Assembly (NCBI GenBank): GCA_963765765.1
Contig: CAVXYC010000032.1
Coordinates: forward strand, 192,001-256,000
Length of the DNA stretch: 64,000 nt
Source of the DNA: an uncultured Chloroflexia bacterium
GTDB lineage: Bacteria; Chloroflexota; UBA6077; JACCZL01
Direction: 5' to 3'
In this document: one piece after another, positions 20,621 through 32,190 of the stretch
How the letters are laid out: every line of letters begins with the position of its first letter
How positions within the stretch are numbered: position 1 is the first letter of the stretch
Notes under the pieces: model-generated
Database searches by the model: none
Told to the model about the DNA's origin: nothing
The model's input: the letters and a program-made list of their open reading frames with translations, nothing else
Translations under genes and position numbers: made by a program

Positions 20621-20964
20621 GGGACGTGTGAGTCAGCAGTCCCCGGAAACCGTTGCATCGTCCGCAACGGTTTCCGGGCAGGGCTGGAGGCTGGGTCAGG
20701 GTCGTCATCGGGGTGTCTCTCTCAGGTCGTAGGACACCACCCACCCCGCCCCGCCGAGGCCATCTCTCGTGCCGCTGTGAGGGCGGTTCTTCACATCTGT
20801 TCTGCGCCTGAGACGGGTCTGCGGTGATTCTCCCGTGTTCACCATTGAACACGGGAGAATGCCTCATCACCGTCCACCTGCGAACACTGCGCCGTGGATG
20901 CAGCTCGGGCGGTGAATGATGGTCAGCCAAGAGCGCCACGCTCGTGACTAAGCAACCGTGGCGG

Positions 20965-21000
20965 CTAAGAGTGGTACCCCGTACGGGGGTACCACTTTAG
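20965..21000. repeat. Strong intergenic palindrome
   Basis: CTAAGAGTGGTACCCC-GTACG-GGGGTACCACTTTAG. Confidence 0.7.
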
Positions 21001-21277
21001 CAAAGACGCGCATGGAGCATCCCCCGTTCCTATTCCAGGATCGCCCGTCGCCCAGCGCCATCCCTACAGATCTCGGACACCGCCCTGGGCGCCGAGACCG
21101 TTTCTCAGCACGCTATGAGGCGTTCTAGGGGCATACCGTTGCACGTACCGTCCGCCTGTTGGCATCTTCCATCCTGTTAATGTTCACGGACATGCATTAA
21201 TACCTGTATGGTGTACATGCATTCCTCCATAGTGAGAATGCGTTGAGCCCGCGAAGGAAGATTGAGGAATACGTCCG

Positions 21278-21508
21278 TTGGACACCACTCAGCGCGCTGA
21301 CGATGAGCTCGCGAAACGTCTGACTGCCCGCGAGCTCGAGGTGCTCCGTCTCGTGGCGGAAGGGTGCGATAACGAGACGATCGCCGACCGCCTGGGGGTC
21401 GATCGGGTCACGGTTCGAACACACGTCACCGCGGTGCTCACCAAACTCGACGCGCATTCGCGGCTGCAGGCGGTGGCTCGGGCCGTGCGACTGGGAGTGG
21501 TCCACTAA
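21278..21508 (+). CDS. Stand-alone LuxR-type HTH protein
   Basis: [27 protein letters not shown]...TVRTHV..VLTKL...SRLQAV. Confidence 0.88.
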   Translation: MDTTQRADDELAKRLTARELEVLRLVAEGCDNETIADRLGVDRVTVRTHVTAVLTKLDAHSRLQAVARAVRLGVVH

Positions 21509-22006
21509 CCCACTCGGTCCACTCTCAGCGGATCATCCACGCGGATGTGCCTCTCCGTCGACTGAGAGCGCGCTGGCGAGCGACCGACCGAGAATCCTTG
21601 CATGGTCAGGCGCACTCCCCGACGTGGGAACACTTTACCGCAAATGATGCCTGGCGGCGTCGGGCACCGCCGCGGCCGTTTCTCGCACTGCTGTGACAGG
21701 TGGCACGGTCCGGTGATGTGTTTGGCCCGCCAGTGTCGCTCCCCCGCAGAAGATACTGAGACGAGGTGCCCAGAGAGTGGCAGTCCTCACCTCGGCCGTA
21801 CCGCCCAGCCATGCTGAGGCTGTTTCTCGTGCCAAGGTTCCTGTGGAGGGATCCATGGACCGAGAAGGGCATCGATATGTCGCGCGCAATAATGACTGCC
21901 AGATTTCCATAGAGACGCTCCGCACCGTGAGAACCCGACAAAGACCACGATGTTCCGATGGGAGCCCGGTCTCGCGAGCATCGACATCCGGTTCGGGAGG
22001 TGTTCC

Positions 22007-22273
22007 ATGCAGTGGGCTGACCTGGATGTTCGGGCCAATGCCTTGCGGCGCACGCTGTACCGCGGGGCCCTGAGTGGCCTTCCGCCGAACGCCGACGATC
22101 CGACGCCCACGCTTACCCCGGAGATCCTGGCGTGGATCACACTCGCCGATATTGAACACGTCCGTGAGTGGGAGCGAGAGCATGGGGTGGATCCGACATC
22201 AGACGACCGGCGCCAAGAGCTCGCGACTATGATCGGGAACCTGCTGACGCTCCAGGTGAACCCGTCGAACTGA
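22007..22273 (+). CDS. Hypothetical protein, 'IxLAD' domain copy 1
   Basis: RBS GGGAGG before ATG 22007; LRRTLYRGALSGLPP...WITLADIEH. Confidence 0.7.
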   Translation: MQWADLDVRANALRRTLYRGALSGLPPNADDPTPTLTPEILAWITLADIEHVREWEREHGVDPTSDDRRQELATMIGNLLTLQVNPSN

Positions 22274-22330
22274 TCAGGTCGATCGTGGAAACGAGCGACT
22301 GCGGCCCTCGGATCTTCGAGCGGCGGTGTC

Positions 22331-23152
22331 TCACTGCGACACGCCGTCCGTCGGCGGCGAGTCTGTGCCGTGCTTATCGGCGGAGAGGGCGATCTGGAGT
22401 CGGCTTTCCACGCCCAGCTTCCCCATGATGTCGATCATGTGCTTGGCCACCGTTTCGGGTGCGAGCCCGAGCCGCTCGGCGATCTGCTTATTCGTCAGCC
22501 CTCTGGCCACGAGCGCGGTAATCTCTCGCTGGGGGGCACTGAGCCCCGAGCCGGAGTCCGTGGCGCGGCGCCGATCCGGACGACGGGCATCGTGGGTGAT
22601 TGGCTCGGCACGTGCGGCGGAATTCACGATCACCGCCATCGCGATCACGCGCGCGGCAGCCTCCAGAAACTCCTGGTCCGCGGCCGTGAAGTGATTGGGG
22701 GATCCTGCGTGCGCATCGAGCACGCCGACGACCTGGTTGCCCACCTGCATCCGGCTGAGCACGCCGCTCCGGCTTTCCAGGGCTGTGGCAATGTCACGGC
22801 GCTCCTCGGGCTCCGTATCGCGGTGCCCGGTGCGGACGCTGGCGCCATCCCGGAAGACCCTGACCGCCAGGCCGCCATCCCGGAGCGGCAGACGATCGAC
22901 ACCGATTGCCCGCTCCAGACGACCCATGGGGGAACGCGGCGCGCGGACGGCGATGAGGCTTTCGGACGAAGCGTCATACAGGAAGATATCCAGCGCATCA
23001 GCCCCCACGGCCTTGACGATGATCGCCGACGCCGCGTCGAACACGGTCTGGAGCGGCGCGGTGGGATCAACCTGCGCCAGGGCGCAGAGCGCCGCATACC
23101 GAGAGCGCGACGGGCGTGAGGCCTCACCCGACGGCCGAACAACATTCCTCAC
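22331..23152 (-). CDS. GAF-LuxR one-component regulator (paralog 1)
   Basis: GADALDIFLYD..SESLIAV...SPMG...GVDRLP..DGG; C-terminal LuxR HTH. Confidence 0.88.
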   Translation of the reverse strand: MRNVVRPSGEASRPSRSRYAALCALAQVDPTAPLQTVFDAASAIIVKAVGADALDIFLYDASSESLIAVRAPRSPMGRLERAIGVDRLPLRDGGLAVRVFRDGASVRTGHRDTEPEERRDIATALESRSGVLSRMQVGNQVVGVLDAHAGSPNHFTAADQEFLEAAARVIAMAVIVNSAARAEPITHDARRPDRRRATDSGSGLSAPQREITALVARGLTNKQIAERLGLAPETVAKHMIDIMGKLGVESRLQIALSADKHGTDSPPTDGVSQ

Positions 23153-23332
23153 AATACAGCACCTTATACAAGCACCTTCGAGGTGATGGTCGCAGGGGAT
23201 CTCAGTGGGAGCATTCGGAGAGCGTGGCGCCCACTATATCGGAGCATCGCGCACGGTATATGTATGAAATTGCACATCCTCCCATGCAGCGTTCGGTTCA
23301 TTGTTAGCTGAGCACCAGGAGGGGAGCTGTCC

Positions 23333-24683
23333 ATGCCGCCAACGGAAGTTATCGCGCTCACGGATGAGATTCACGCTCGGTTGGAGCATGGCGAATTCGC
23401 CGGGCTGGGCCCGATCGCGGTGGAGGGCGGGATGTTCCTCCCCGACGCGGAGGTGGTCGCCCGGATCCTGCTCGCGGACGTCGAGGATTGGGCGGTACGC
23501 GAGTCCTGGGATCACGTCAGCCCCCCGCAGTGGAACCATCTCACCGCGCAGCTGCGCGATTTCCTGCATGAGGTCGAGCACCATCTTGCCATTCTTCGTG
23601 ACCCCGAGCACCTTCGCGCCGCGCACGGCGGTGAACTCGAGTCCCGGCCGGTACGAGGCGGCTTCCCGCTCCACCTTCCAGCGGTTCGAGCTGGCGCTGC
23701 GGCGATCGCCGGTGATCGTCTACAGTCAGGACACCGAGCTGCGCTACACCTGGGTCTACAATCCGCACCCGGATTTCGTGCCCGAAGACATCATCGGCAC
23801 GACGGACGCGGCGTTCTACCAGCCGGACGAGCTGGAGCGCCTACAGGGCATCAAGCGGCGCGTCATGGCCACGGGCATCGGCACCCGAGAAACGGTGCTC
23901 GCGACGTTGTATGGCACGCCCACGTACTATGACCTGACGGTCGAACCGCTCTACGACGCACGAGGCGCGATCATCGGCGTGACCGGCGCGGCCACGGACA
24001 TCACGGCCCTCATGCGCACCGAGCAGGCGCTGGCCCGGCGCGAGGCCCAGCTCAATGAAGCACAGCGGATCGCCCAGCTCGGCAGCTGGGAGTGGGACGC
24101 GGTCACCGAGCAGCTGAGCTGGTCCCCCGAGCACTATCGCATCATGGGATGTGATCCCGAGGCGGGGGTGCCCAGTATTCCGTCGGCATGCGAACGGATC
24201 CACCCCGACGATCGAGAACCCACCGTGCAGCTGATGCAGCGGAGCTTTGAAACGGGCGAGCCGTTCGCCTGTGAGTTTCGCATTGTCCATCCCGATGGCG
24301 AGGAGCGGGTGATTCACAGCCGCGGCGCCGTGGTGCGCAATGCCGCCGGCCGTGTGGAGCGCCTGATCGGGACGGCGCAGGACATCACCGAACGGGTGCA
24401 GGCGGAAGCTTTGCGGGCGGCCGACCGCGAGCGGCAGGCGCGCCTGGACGGTATGATCTTCGCGGCCCGGCAGCGCGCCGACCGGATGTCCGACCGCCTG
24501 GAGCAATCCCGCGGAGGCGCGGAGGCAGCCGCCCCGGACTGGGCGCTGTGCGCGGAGATGCGCGCGGCGCTGGACGCGAACATGCAGGACTTACTTGATC
24601 TGCGGCGACTGGTGCGCGAGGCGCCATCGAGCGACGGGGACGGGTGCGATGGTGAAGGGAGCGAGCGGACGCCGAAGGCGTAG
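23333..24683 (+). CDS. 'IxLAD' domain-PAS-PAS protein with degenerate HisKA-like tail (frameshifted)
   Basis: RBS AGGAGG; N-terminal ARILLADVED domain; PAS YSQDTELRYTWVYNP; PAS_3 LGSWEWD...IHPDD...GTAQDITER; frameshift near 23600-23670. Confidence 0.78.
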
Positions 24684-24881
24684 CTTCGCAGTTTCGCGCT
24701 CGGGAATCCGTTGGTGCTGATGTCGGCCCATGCAGACCAGGCGGCCATTGACGTGGCGGTTCGGACCGGGCTCGTCACGCGCTTTCTCGCGAAGCCGTTC
24801 GACGTCGAGACATTGGTCCGCGAAGTGGCTGATGCGGTGAGGCTCCGTGAGGGCATCACCCCAGAGAGCCAGAACGACTAG
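24684..24881 (+). pseudogene. C-terminal half of a receiver domain
   Basis: PLVLMSAH...FLAKPFDVETLVREV; in frame just after the stop of the PAS ORF. Confidence 0.6.
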
Positions 24882-25506
24882 GGGCCGAGTCCCGACTTCC
24901 CTGGTGCTCCATGCGCCGAAATCAGCGAGCAGTGAGGGGCCAGAGCTGATCGTGCCAATCGCTTCGGCTTCGCGAGAGCGGTGCGCAGCGGGGAGTCCCT
25001 TCCGCGATCTTCACGACGATCCTGCGAGCGAGCGCAGGCTGCGATCGCTGAGGGCCTGGCGGTTCCTGTAACCCTCGGTTCTTGGTGGCTTGCACAGGAA
25101 CATCATCCGCGTGCTCCCGAAGCTGGATTGGCCAGAGCCAGATGCGCCTGCCGATAGAAACACAGGCGAACGATCAAGCACGGGGCGTTCCGTCGGTCCT
25201 ACCGATAACGGTGCCGAGCCTGATGCCTGTCTGTTCCGATAACCCCCAACCCGCACGGGATTGCTGCGGTCTGAATTCACGGCGGGCGGATGAAGGATGG
25301 ATTCCCAGAATGGGGGTCGCGGGAACCGGAGGTTCTAAGCCTCGTGTCATTGAACTGGGACTATTGCGTACCATGAGAGTGGTTGATACATTTAGATACG
25401 TATAGATCGCGTTTTTCCGGTGTTGAGACACTCAGTCTCGACGACGGCGTCTCGAAAGGTGCCCGCATGGTGGTCTCTGACAGCCGCGAGTCTCCCCCGC
25501 GCGTCG

Positions 25507-26814
25507 ATGCGGGGAGCGGAACCGGTGCGCCTGCACTACTACAACATCTCGGAGGCCGCGGCGGTCCTGGGGGTGAGCCGGATTACCGTTTCGCGCTGGG
25601 TTGGGAAGGGCCGTCTCCCCGTTGCCCGCCTCGGCCATAGGACGATCCGGTACCGGAGAGAAGACCTGGAGCTGTTCCTCGCGAAGCACCGCCTCCGTCC
25701 ATTGCGTGCCGCCATGATGCCCGTCTCGATGGCCGACTGGGGTGACGACGATGCGAGCCTTCGTCCCGAGCATGTCGTCCAGTTTTACGAAGCGGATGAA
25801 GCGCTGATCAGCGCCACGAGCGCGTATATCGGCGGGGCGCTCGGCGCGGACGGCGTCGGCATCACGATCGCGACCGAGGCACACCGCCGGGCTATCGAAA
25901 ACCGCCTGCGGGCCGATGGATTCGACCTCGAGGCGGTCCACCTGAGCGGGCAGTACATCGCGTTGGACGCCTCCGAGACCCTCGAGCGACTCATCGTGGA
26001 CGATGAGCCGGATGCGGAGCGCTTCGCTGACGTGATCGGTGCTGTGATCGCGCGGGCGACCGAAGGCGGCCGCCCGGTGCGCGCGTTCGGCGAGATGGTG
26101 GCGCTGCTGGCGGCCGATGGGCGTCACGCGCCCGCGCTCCGGCTCGAATCTCTCTGGAACGGTGGCCAACACACCCACCGGTTTTCACTCTTATGCGCCT
26201 ACCCGATGGAGGTCATGGGCCGCTCCGGCTTCTCCGACCTGCTGGGGGGCGTATGCGAAGCTCACGGCCGAATCATCCCCACGGAGAGCTTCTCGCGACT
26301 CGATCATCCGAATGCGCGGTTTCGGGAGATCACGCGGCTGCAACTGCGGGCCGCTTCGCTCGAGGCCGAAGTCGCGGAGCGGCGGCGCATCGAAGCGCGG
26401 CTGCGTTGCAGCGAGCGGGAGCTGCGCGACTTCATCGAGAACGCCACGGAGGGCCTGCACTGCGTGGGTCCCGACGGGCGGATTCTGTGGGCCAATCGCG
26501 CGGAGCTGGAGCTGCTCGGCTATACCGCGGACGAGTACATCGGCCGGTCCATCGCCGATTTCCACGCCGACCCGGACGCGATCGCCGACATCTTGTGCCG
26601 CCTGGGGGCCAACGAGCAGCTGCAGGAGTATCCCGCACGCCTGCGCGCCAAGGGTGGCTCGATCAAGCATGTGCTGATCAATTCGAACGTCTACCGCGAG
26701 GATGGTCGCATCATCCACGCCCATTGTTTCACCCGCGACGTCACGGCGCGGAAGGAGGCGGAGGACCACGCATCGATTCTCAGGCGCCTCGGAGCGTCAA
26801 GCGGTGGGATGTGA
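25507..26814 (+). CDS. Excisionase-like HTH (HTH_17)-MEDS-PAS regulator
   Basis: YNISEAAAVLGVSRITVSRW..GRLP; MEDS HVVQFYE...VRAFGEMVALL...LLCAY; PAS GLHCVGPDGRILWANRAEL...CFTRDVT. Confidence 0.85.
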   Translation: MRGAEPVRLHYYNISEAAAVLGVSRITVSRWVGKGRLPVARLGHRTIRYRREDLELFLAKHRLRPLRAAMMPVSMADWGDDDASLRPEHVVQFYEADEALISATSAYIGGALGADGVGITIATEAHRRAIENRLRADGFDLEAVHLSGQYIALDASETLERLIVDDEPDAERFADVIGAVIARATEGGRPVRAFGEMVALLAADGRHAPALRLESLWNGGQHTHRFSLLCAYPMEVMGRSGFSDLLGGVCEAHGRIIPTESFSRLDHPNARFREITRLQLRAASLEAEVAERRRIEARLRCSERELRDFIENATEGLHCVGPDGRILWANRAELELLGYTADEYIGRSIADFHADPDAIADILCRLGANEQLQEYPARLRAKGGSIKHVLINSNVYREDGRIIHAHCFTRDVTARKEAEDHASILRRLGASSGGM

Positions 26815-27167
26815 GCCGGCCACCTCGTCGGAGTCGACGAGCACGACGCACCGGCTGGACTCGCCGTGGCGCCGGCACTCCTCCAGGAGCACCCCGCGCC
26901 GGGTGTCGGTGCTCAGATCGGGCACGGCTCCGCGCTACGGAATTGGGCCGATTGTCCGGTGTGGAATGGCCGTGATGGAGCTATGATGAGCCAAGGTAGG
27001 TTTTCGCATGACAGCGCATCGGACATGACCCCGCCGTGCGGGGTTCGGCACGACTCGGCGCCGGGCGGGACGCCGGTCGTCAGCCTGACCGCTAGGGATC
27101 GGCAATCCATGACGGCCGTGCCAACGCGCCCGCTGGCCATGGACCGGTGGACTGAGCCGGAGCCACG

Positions 27168-29945
27168 ATGACCGGAACCCGAGCTCGGCAGGTGCCGAGC
27201 ACGACGCAACCGAGCACCAAGCTCCGCCCTCCCGAGCTCCCATCGGATTTCGTTCCCCGGCCACGGATACACCAGCGGCTGACGGCCGGCTGGGGATGCC
27301 CGCTGATGCTGGTGTGCGCGCCGGCCGGATTCGGGAAGACCATCGCGCTGGCCGGCTGGCTCCAGGACGCTCGGCGTCCCTGGGTGTGGGTCAGCCTGGA
27401 CGAGCACGACAGCGATCTGGTGAGCTTCACGCGCGTGCTCGTCGCGGCGCTGGGCACCGTCATTCCGCGGGCCGGTCACCAGGCGTTGGCGCTGGCCGCG
27501 CAGACCGAGCACCCGTCGCTCAGCCAGTTGAGCGCCCTGCTGGCCGACGATCTCGCGGGGATCGACCACGAGCTGGTCATCGTACTGGACGACGTTCACC
27601 TGATCCGCGACGAGGCGATCCACGTGCTCGTGGCGCTGCTGGCGCGGCGTCTCCCGCCGAGCATCCAGCTGGTGCTGGCCAGCCGCGAGGCGCCGCCACT
27701 GCCGGTGGCGCTGCTGGACGGCCGGCACGCGCTGGTCGAGGTGCGGGCCGACGATCTGCGCTTCGATCGGGCCGAGGCGCTGGCGTTCGTGCGGGGGATG
27801 AGCGATGCCCCGCTCGACCTTCAGCTCGTCGCCGATGCGGTCGAGCGGTCGGAGGGCTGGGCGGTGGGGCTGCGCCTGCTGACCCTGGTCGGCGGACCAT
27901 CCGGGGCGCGGCGGACCGGCCGGTCGGCGGCTCCGCAGAAGCAGGACGTGGACGCCTATCTTTTTGACGAGGTGCTGGCCCGCCAGACACCGGAGCGGCG
28001 GCGCTTTCTGATGCAGGCGGCGATCCTGGAGCGCTTCTGCGCGCCGCTGTGCGAGGCGGTCGTGGATGGCCAGCAGGCCGGGCGACGGCCGGCGCGTGCT
28101 GGACGAGAGCCTGGCCGCCGGGCTGTTTGTGACAGCGCTGGACGACGAGCAGTGCTGGTACCGCTTCCACCACCTATTCCGCGCCATGCTGCAGCGCCGC
28201 CTCGAGCACGATGCCGGAGCCGAGGGCGTACGGGCGCTGCGGCAGCGGGCCAGCGACTGGCTGGCCGGGCAGGGGTTGTGGGACGAGGCGGCGGCCCAGG
28301 CGATCGAGGCGGACGACGTCGACCGGGTCACATCGCTGGTCGAGACCTGCCTGATGACCGAGCGGAGCATCGACGTGTGATTGATGCTCGACGCGTGGAC
28401 CCGTCGGCTCCCGCGTGACGTTGTGGACGCGAGCCCGACGCTCATCGCTGGCCCGCTGCGGGATGCTAACCATCCGCGGCGAGGTGGACGAGCTCGAGTC
28501 GCAGCTGCGTCGGCTCGACAGCGCTGCTCGCCGCAGAGCCAGTGCGCATGAGCGCCGGCCTTGCTCCCGATCGCTCGCGGTCAGATCGACAGGCAGCTCG
28601 CGTGGGTGCTCCATCTGAAGGGCGGCGACGATCACGAAGCGCACGCGCGTGCCGAGCGCGCGCTCGATCTGCTGCCGATCGACCAGTACGACTACCGTGG
28701 GAGTACCGGTCGCACTCTACGCCTTTACATTGCACTGTCTGGGCCGGACCGAGGAGGCGCTCGCCTGGATCAGGGCCGAGCACGGTCGGGATACGGCGCG
28801 GCATCCCGACTACGCCGCGCGCCTGCTGATTGGCCGGCTGTACGTCGAGCTCGCATCGGGGCGGCTGTCGGCCGCCGTCGAGACCGGCCGGCAGATGGTG
28901 GTCTTCGGCAGCGCGCGCCAGCAGCCACTGGCGATCGGCTGGGGGCACTACGCCCAGGGACGGGTCGCGTACGAGTGGAACGATCTCGACGGGGCGTGCG
29001 AGCATTTCGAGGCCGTGCGGGCGCTCGGCCGCGATGCCCACCGCATGTGCTCGGTCAACGCGACGCTCGGGCTGGCGCAGACGCTCATGGCCGGAGGGCA
29101 ACCGGCCGAAGCGGAGCAGCTCGTGGCGCGCGGAGCTCGCGGAGGTCGAGGCGGCGGGCAACGCGTTCTTCGTCGAGCGCGTGCGATCGTTTCTGGCGCG
29201 CCTGGTGCTCGCGTCGGATGGCCCGGACGGGCCGCCCAGTGGCTCGCGGGGGTCCCGATCACCCGCCAGGGGACCATCGGGTTCGACCTCGAGGATGCGC
29301 GGCTCACCCGCGCGCGCGTCCTGGTGGCGTGGGCCAGCTCCGAGGACCTGGAGCCTGGATGAAGCGGCCGCCGCGGTGGACCACGCGATCGCGGCCGCCG
29401 ACGGCGCGGCACATGACCTTCTCGCTCGTCGGGGGGCTGGCGCTGCGCGCGGTGGTCGAGCGGTCGCGTGGTGAGATGCAGCGGGCCGCCGGGTCGCTGG
29501 CGCGGGCCCTGGAGCTCGGCGGGCCGGGGCACTTCACGCGGACGTTCATCGATCTCGGGCCGCCGCTGACCGCGCTGCTGGCCGAGCTGATGCACCAGGG
29601 CGAGCTGGCGCCGGGCGGACGGCGGGTGCTCATGGCCTGCCGGGCGGCGTCCGCGGGGGCGGGTATCGATCGGCCGAGCCGGACGGAATCCGTGGTGCCG
29701 CTGTCCGCCGGCCGAGCCGCGACGCGGCTGAGCCGAGCATCGTCGAAGCGCTGACCTGGCATGAGCTCGACGTGCTGGCGTTGATGGACGGACACGTCAG
29801 CACCGAGGAGATCACGCGGCTATTGGGGCTGGACGACGCGACCGTGCAGCGACACGTCACGAGCATCGCCAGCAAGCTCCGGGTGGTCGGCCGTGACGAC
29901 GCGGTGCGGCAGCCGGACGATGATGAGCCGCCGCCATCGGCCTGA
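27168..29945 (+). CDS. MalT-like STAND ATPase-TPR-LuxR regulator (multiple frameshifts)
   Basis: STKLRPP, APAGFGKT, WVSLDEHD, VLDDVH, SEGWAVGL, WYRFHHLF, C-terminal LuxR-like HTH ending TGA 29943-29945. Confidence 0.85.
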
Positions 29946-30082
29946 CCCTGGCGGCGGGGAGGACCTCGGCTGAGCACCGGAGAAACGCTCAGCAAATCAG
30001 TGGCCGGACTGTTCACGGCGTCACGGACTCCCCGTCATCCGTCGTCTGGTGGTTGATACGATGATGGCGAAGGAACTGTACG

Positions 30083-31395
30083 ATGGCGAGCGCCATGCGC
30101 GCTGATGGTCCCCTGACGAAGGCCTCGGTGGCCGCGGTCGTGCTCCCGGCCGCGGCCAGCCAGCTGTGGTTCGTCACGCTGCCGCCCTTCCTCCCGACGA
30201 TCGCCGAGGCGATCGGGGTGAGCACGGCGCTGGCGGGCCAGATCGTGGGCCTGCCGGTATTGCTCGCCGCGGTGCTGATCCTGGGTCGTGGGCCCGCTCA
30301 TCGACGCCTACGGGCATGCGCGGGTGATGACGGTGGCCCTGGTGGCCATCGCCGTCAGCTCGCTGGGCACCGCGGTGGCCACCGGCGCCGGCGTGCTGCT
30401 CGCCGCTCGCCTGGTGGGCGCATTCGGTCGGGCCGGGGTTATTCCGGCCGCGTTCGTCGAGGCGGTGGAGCGGCCCAGCCAGGAGCAGCGCCGCCACGGC
30501 ACTAGCTGGGTGGTCGCGGGCGCGGCGGCGGCACCCCTCCTCGGCGTCCCGCTGCTCACGCAGGTCGGCGCGCAGGCCGGCTGGCGTGTGGCGTTTGTCC
30601 TGATCAGTATCCTGGCCGCGCTCAGCTGCCATGCTGGCGTGGCGACAGCCTCGCGGGCATCCGTCGGCCTCGGCGCGAGCGGCCCGACCAACGCTGCGCA
30701 GTGTCCGGCCGCTGCTCTCCGAGCCGGCGATCACGACGGTGCTGCTCTCATCGCTCGTGGGGAACGCCGGCCTGTGGACGGAGCTCACCTACCTCGGGGT
30801 GCTCTATCAGAACCGGCTGGGGCTTGGGGCGCAGGATGCCGGCTGGGCCCTCACCGCGTTCGGGCTCGGCCAGCTCGCCGGGTCACTGGCCGCGCGGGAC
30901 CGCCGTGTTGGCCGGGCCTCGCGTCGCCTGCTGGCCGCCTGTCGTGTGGGGATGGGCGTGCTGCTCGGCCTCGCGTTCCTCATGCCCGTCGGAGCGACCG
31001 GCGTGGCGGTGATGCTCTTCGGTGGTGGGGTGCTTGGGGGTGTGCAAGCATCCATCATGCCGCTGATCTTGAGTCGACAGCCGTCGACTGAGACGGGGAC
31101 CGTCCAATCGCTCAACTGGCTGGCGCTCACCGCCGGCATCGCCCTGGGAGCCTCGTTCGGCGGCGTCCTCCTCGCGGCCGGCGATCTCCCGTTCGTGGGG
31201 ATCGGCACGCTGGGGCTCTCGTGGCTGGCAGCGGCGATTCTCTTGTGGTCCCGTTCAGCGAGTCGCACCCCTGCGACACGGGCGCCAGCCGTCATAGAGT
31301 GCTCGGGCACGGTTCCAGCCATGTTCATGGGCACGGGGCGGGCGGCTGATTGGCTCATTGAATCGGTTGCCGATCCGGTGCAGCTCGCGACGTAG
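30083..31395 (+). CDS. MFS transporter (frameshifted)
   Basis: About 12 hydrophobic helices over three frames; GPLIDAYGHAR motif A; LLAARLVGAFG. Confidence 0.8.
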
Positions 31396-31563
31396 CCAGG
31401 AGCCGCCGTTCACATCACGCCGCGGCGGCGTGATCGCCCGCTGGTGGCCGACACGGCGACGCAGGCACGGACCATGCGATAGACACCGCCCGCAGCGGTC
31501 GGTACGTTGGTACGACGTGCCATAGACTTCACTCACACCGAAGCCCGGCGGTGTCCGAAGGGG

Positions 31564-31839
31564 ATGCAGATGACAGAGTCGTCAATGGGCGATGATCGTG
31601 CGCTGCGACGCTTTCGTGCCGCGCTCGCGGCCGCCGAGGCGGCGCCATCGGAAGCAAACGTCGCCGAGCTCCGCCAGGCAGCGCTTGCGCTAAAGGACCA
31701 GCTTCGCGCGAGGTATCGGGCCGCGGGCAGTCCGTATGGCGATCACCGGGAGGGCCTGTTCCGCTGGCTCCGAGAGGTCATCGCCGTTCCGGATCGGGAG
31801 ATTGCTGAGATGGAGAGCGATGGCAGCATGACGAAGTAG
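31564..31839 (+). CDS. Hypothetical helical microprotein (paralog of 38796..39077)
   Basis: RFRAAL...PSE..V..LR.AA....DQLRA.YRAAG......LFRWLR. Confidence 0.7.
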   Translation: MQMTESSMGDDRALRRFRAALAAAEAAPSEANVAELRQAALALKDQLRARYRAAGSPYGDHREGLFRWLREVIAVPDREIAEMESDGSMTK

Positions 31840-32190
31840 GCCCTCGCACTATGGGCATCGCGTCGCACTCCTGAGCCTCAAAACATCCTGATGTTCCGAT
31901 TACCCCCATTACCAGAACAAAGTCATCTAGCAGGCTGCTGAAAATGCACAGGCGGATCTTGGCCTGATGGGGAATCGCGCCATTTTTCGGTTGTCAACCC
32001 CTGGCGAGGCTTGCTCGTGGCCCGAGTTGGTGTCTAAGACATGCGCGGACCGAACGCTCGGGACTTCCCGGGCGGCCTGCGCACGGTCATTCGTTCGTGT
32101 TGCTCAAGCTGCTGCCAGTTGGACCACGGGTTTGCCCGCTGCGCGGCTCAGGCGGCTCAACCGCACCAGGTTGTAAGCGGTCATTTGCGG

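Noticed and set aside
20776-20795. CRP/FNR-like site TGTGA...TCACA
   Set aside because: The spacer is 10 bp rather than 6; the left half belongs to the dispersed motif reported separately
24900-25071. Possible third copy of the YRAAG microprotein (RERCAAGSPF)
   Set aside because: Only a short motif matches; the LFRWLR and N-terminal parts are absent
26913-28445. Long antisense ORFs (also 17361..18752, 34983..35843, 5858..6829)
   Set aside because: Shadow frames of real genes in GC-rich DNA; low-complexity Arg/Pro/Ala composition (only the DUF3631-like part of 17361..18752 is credible)
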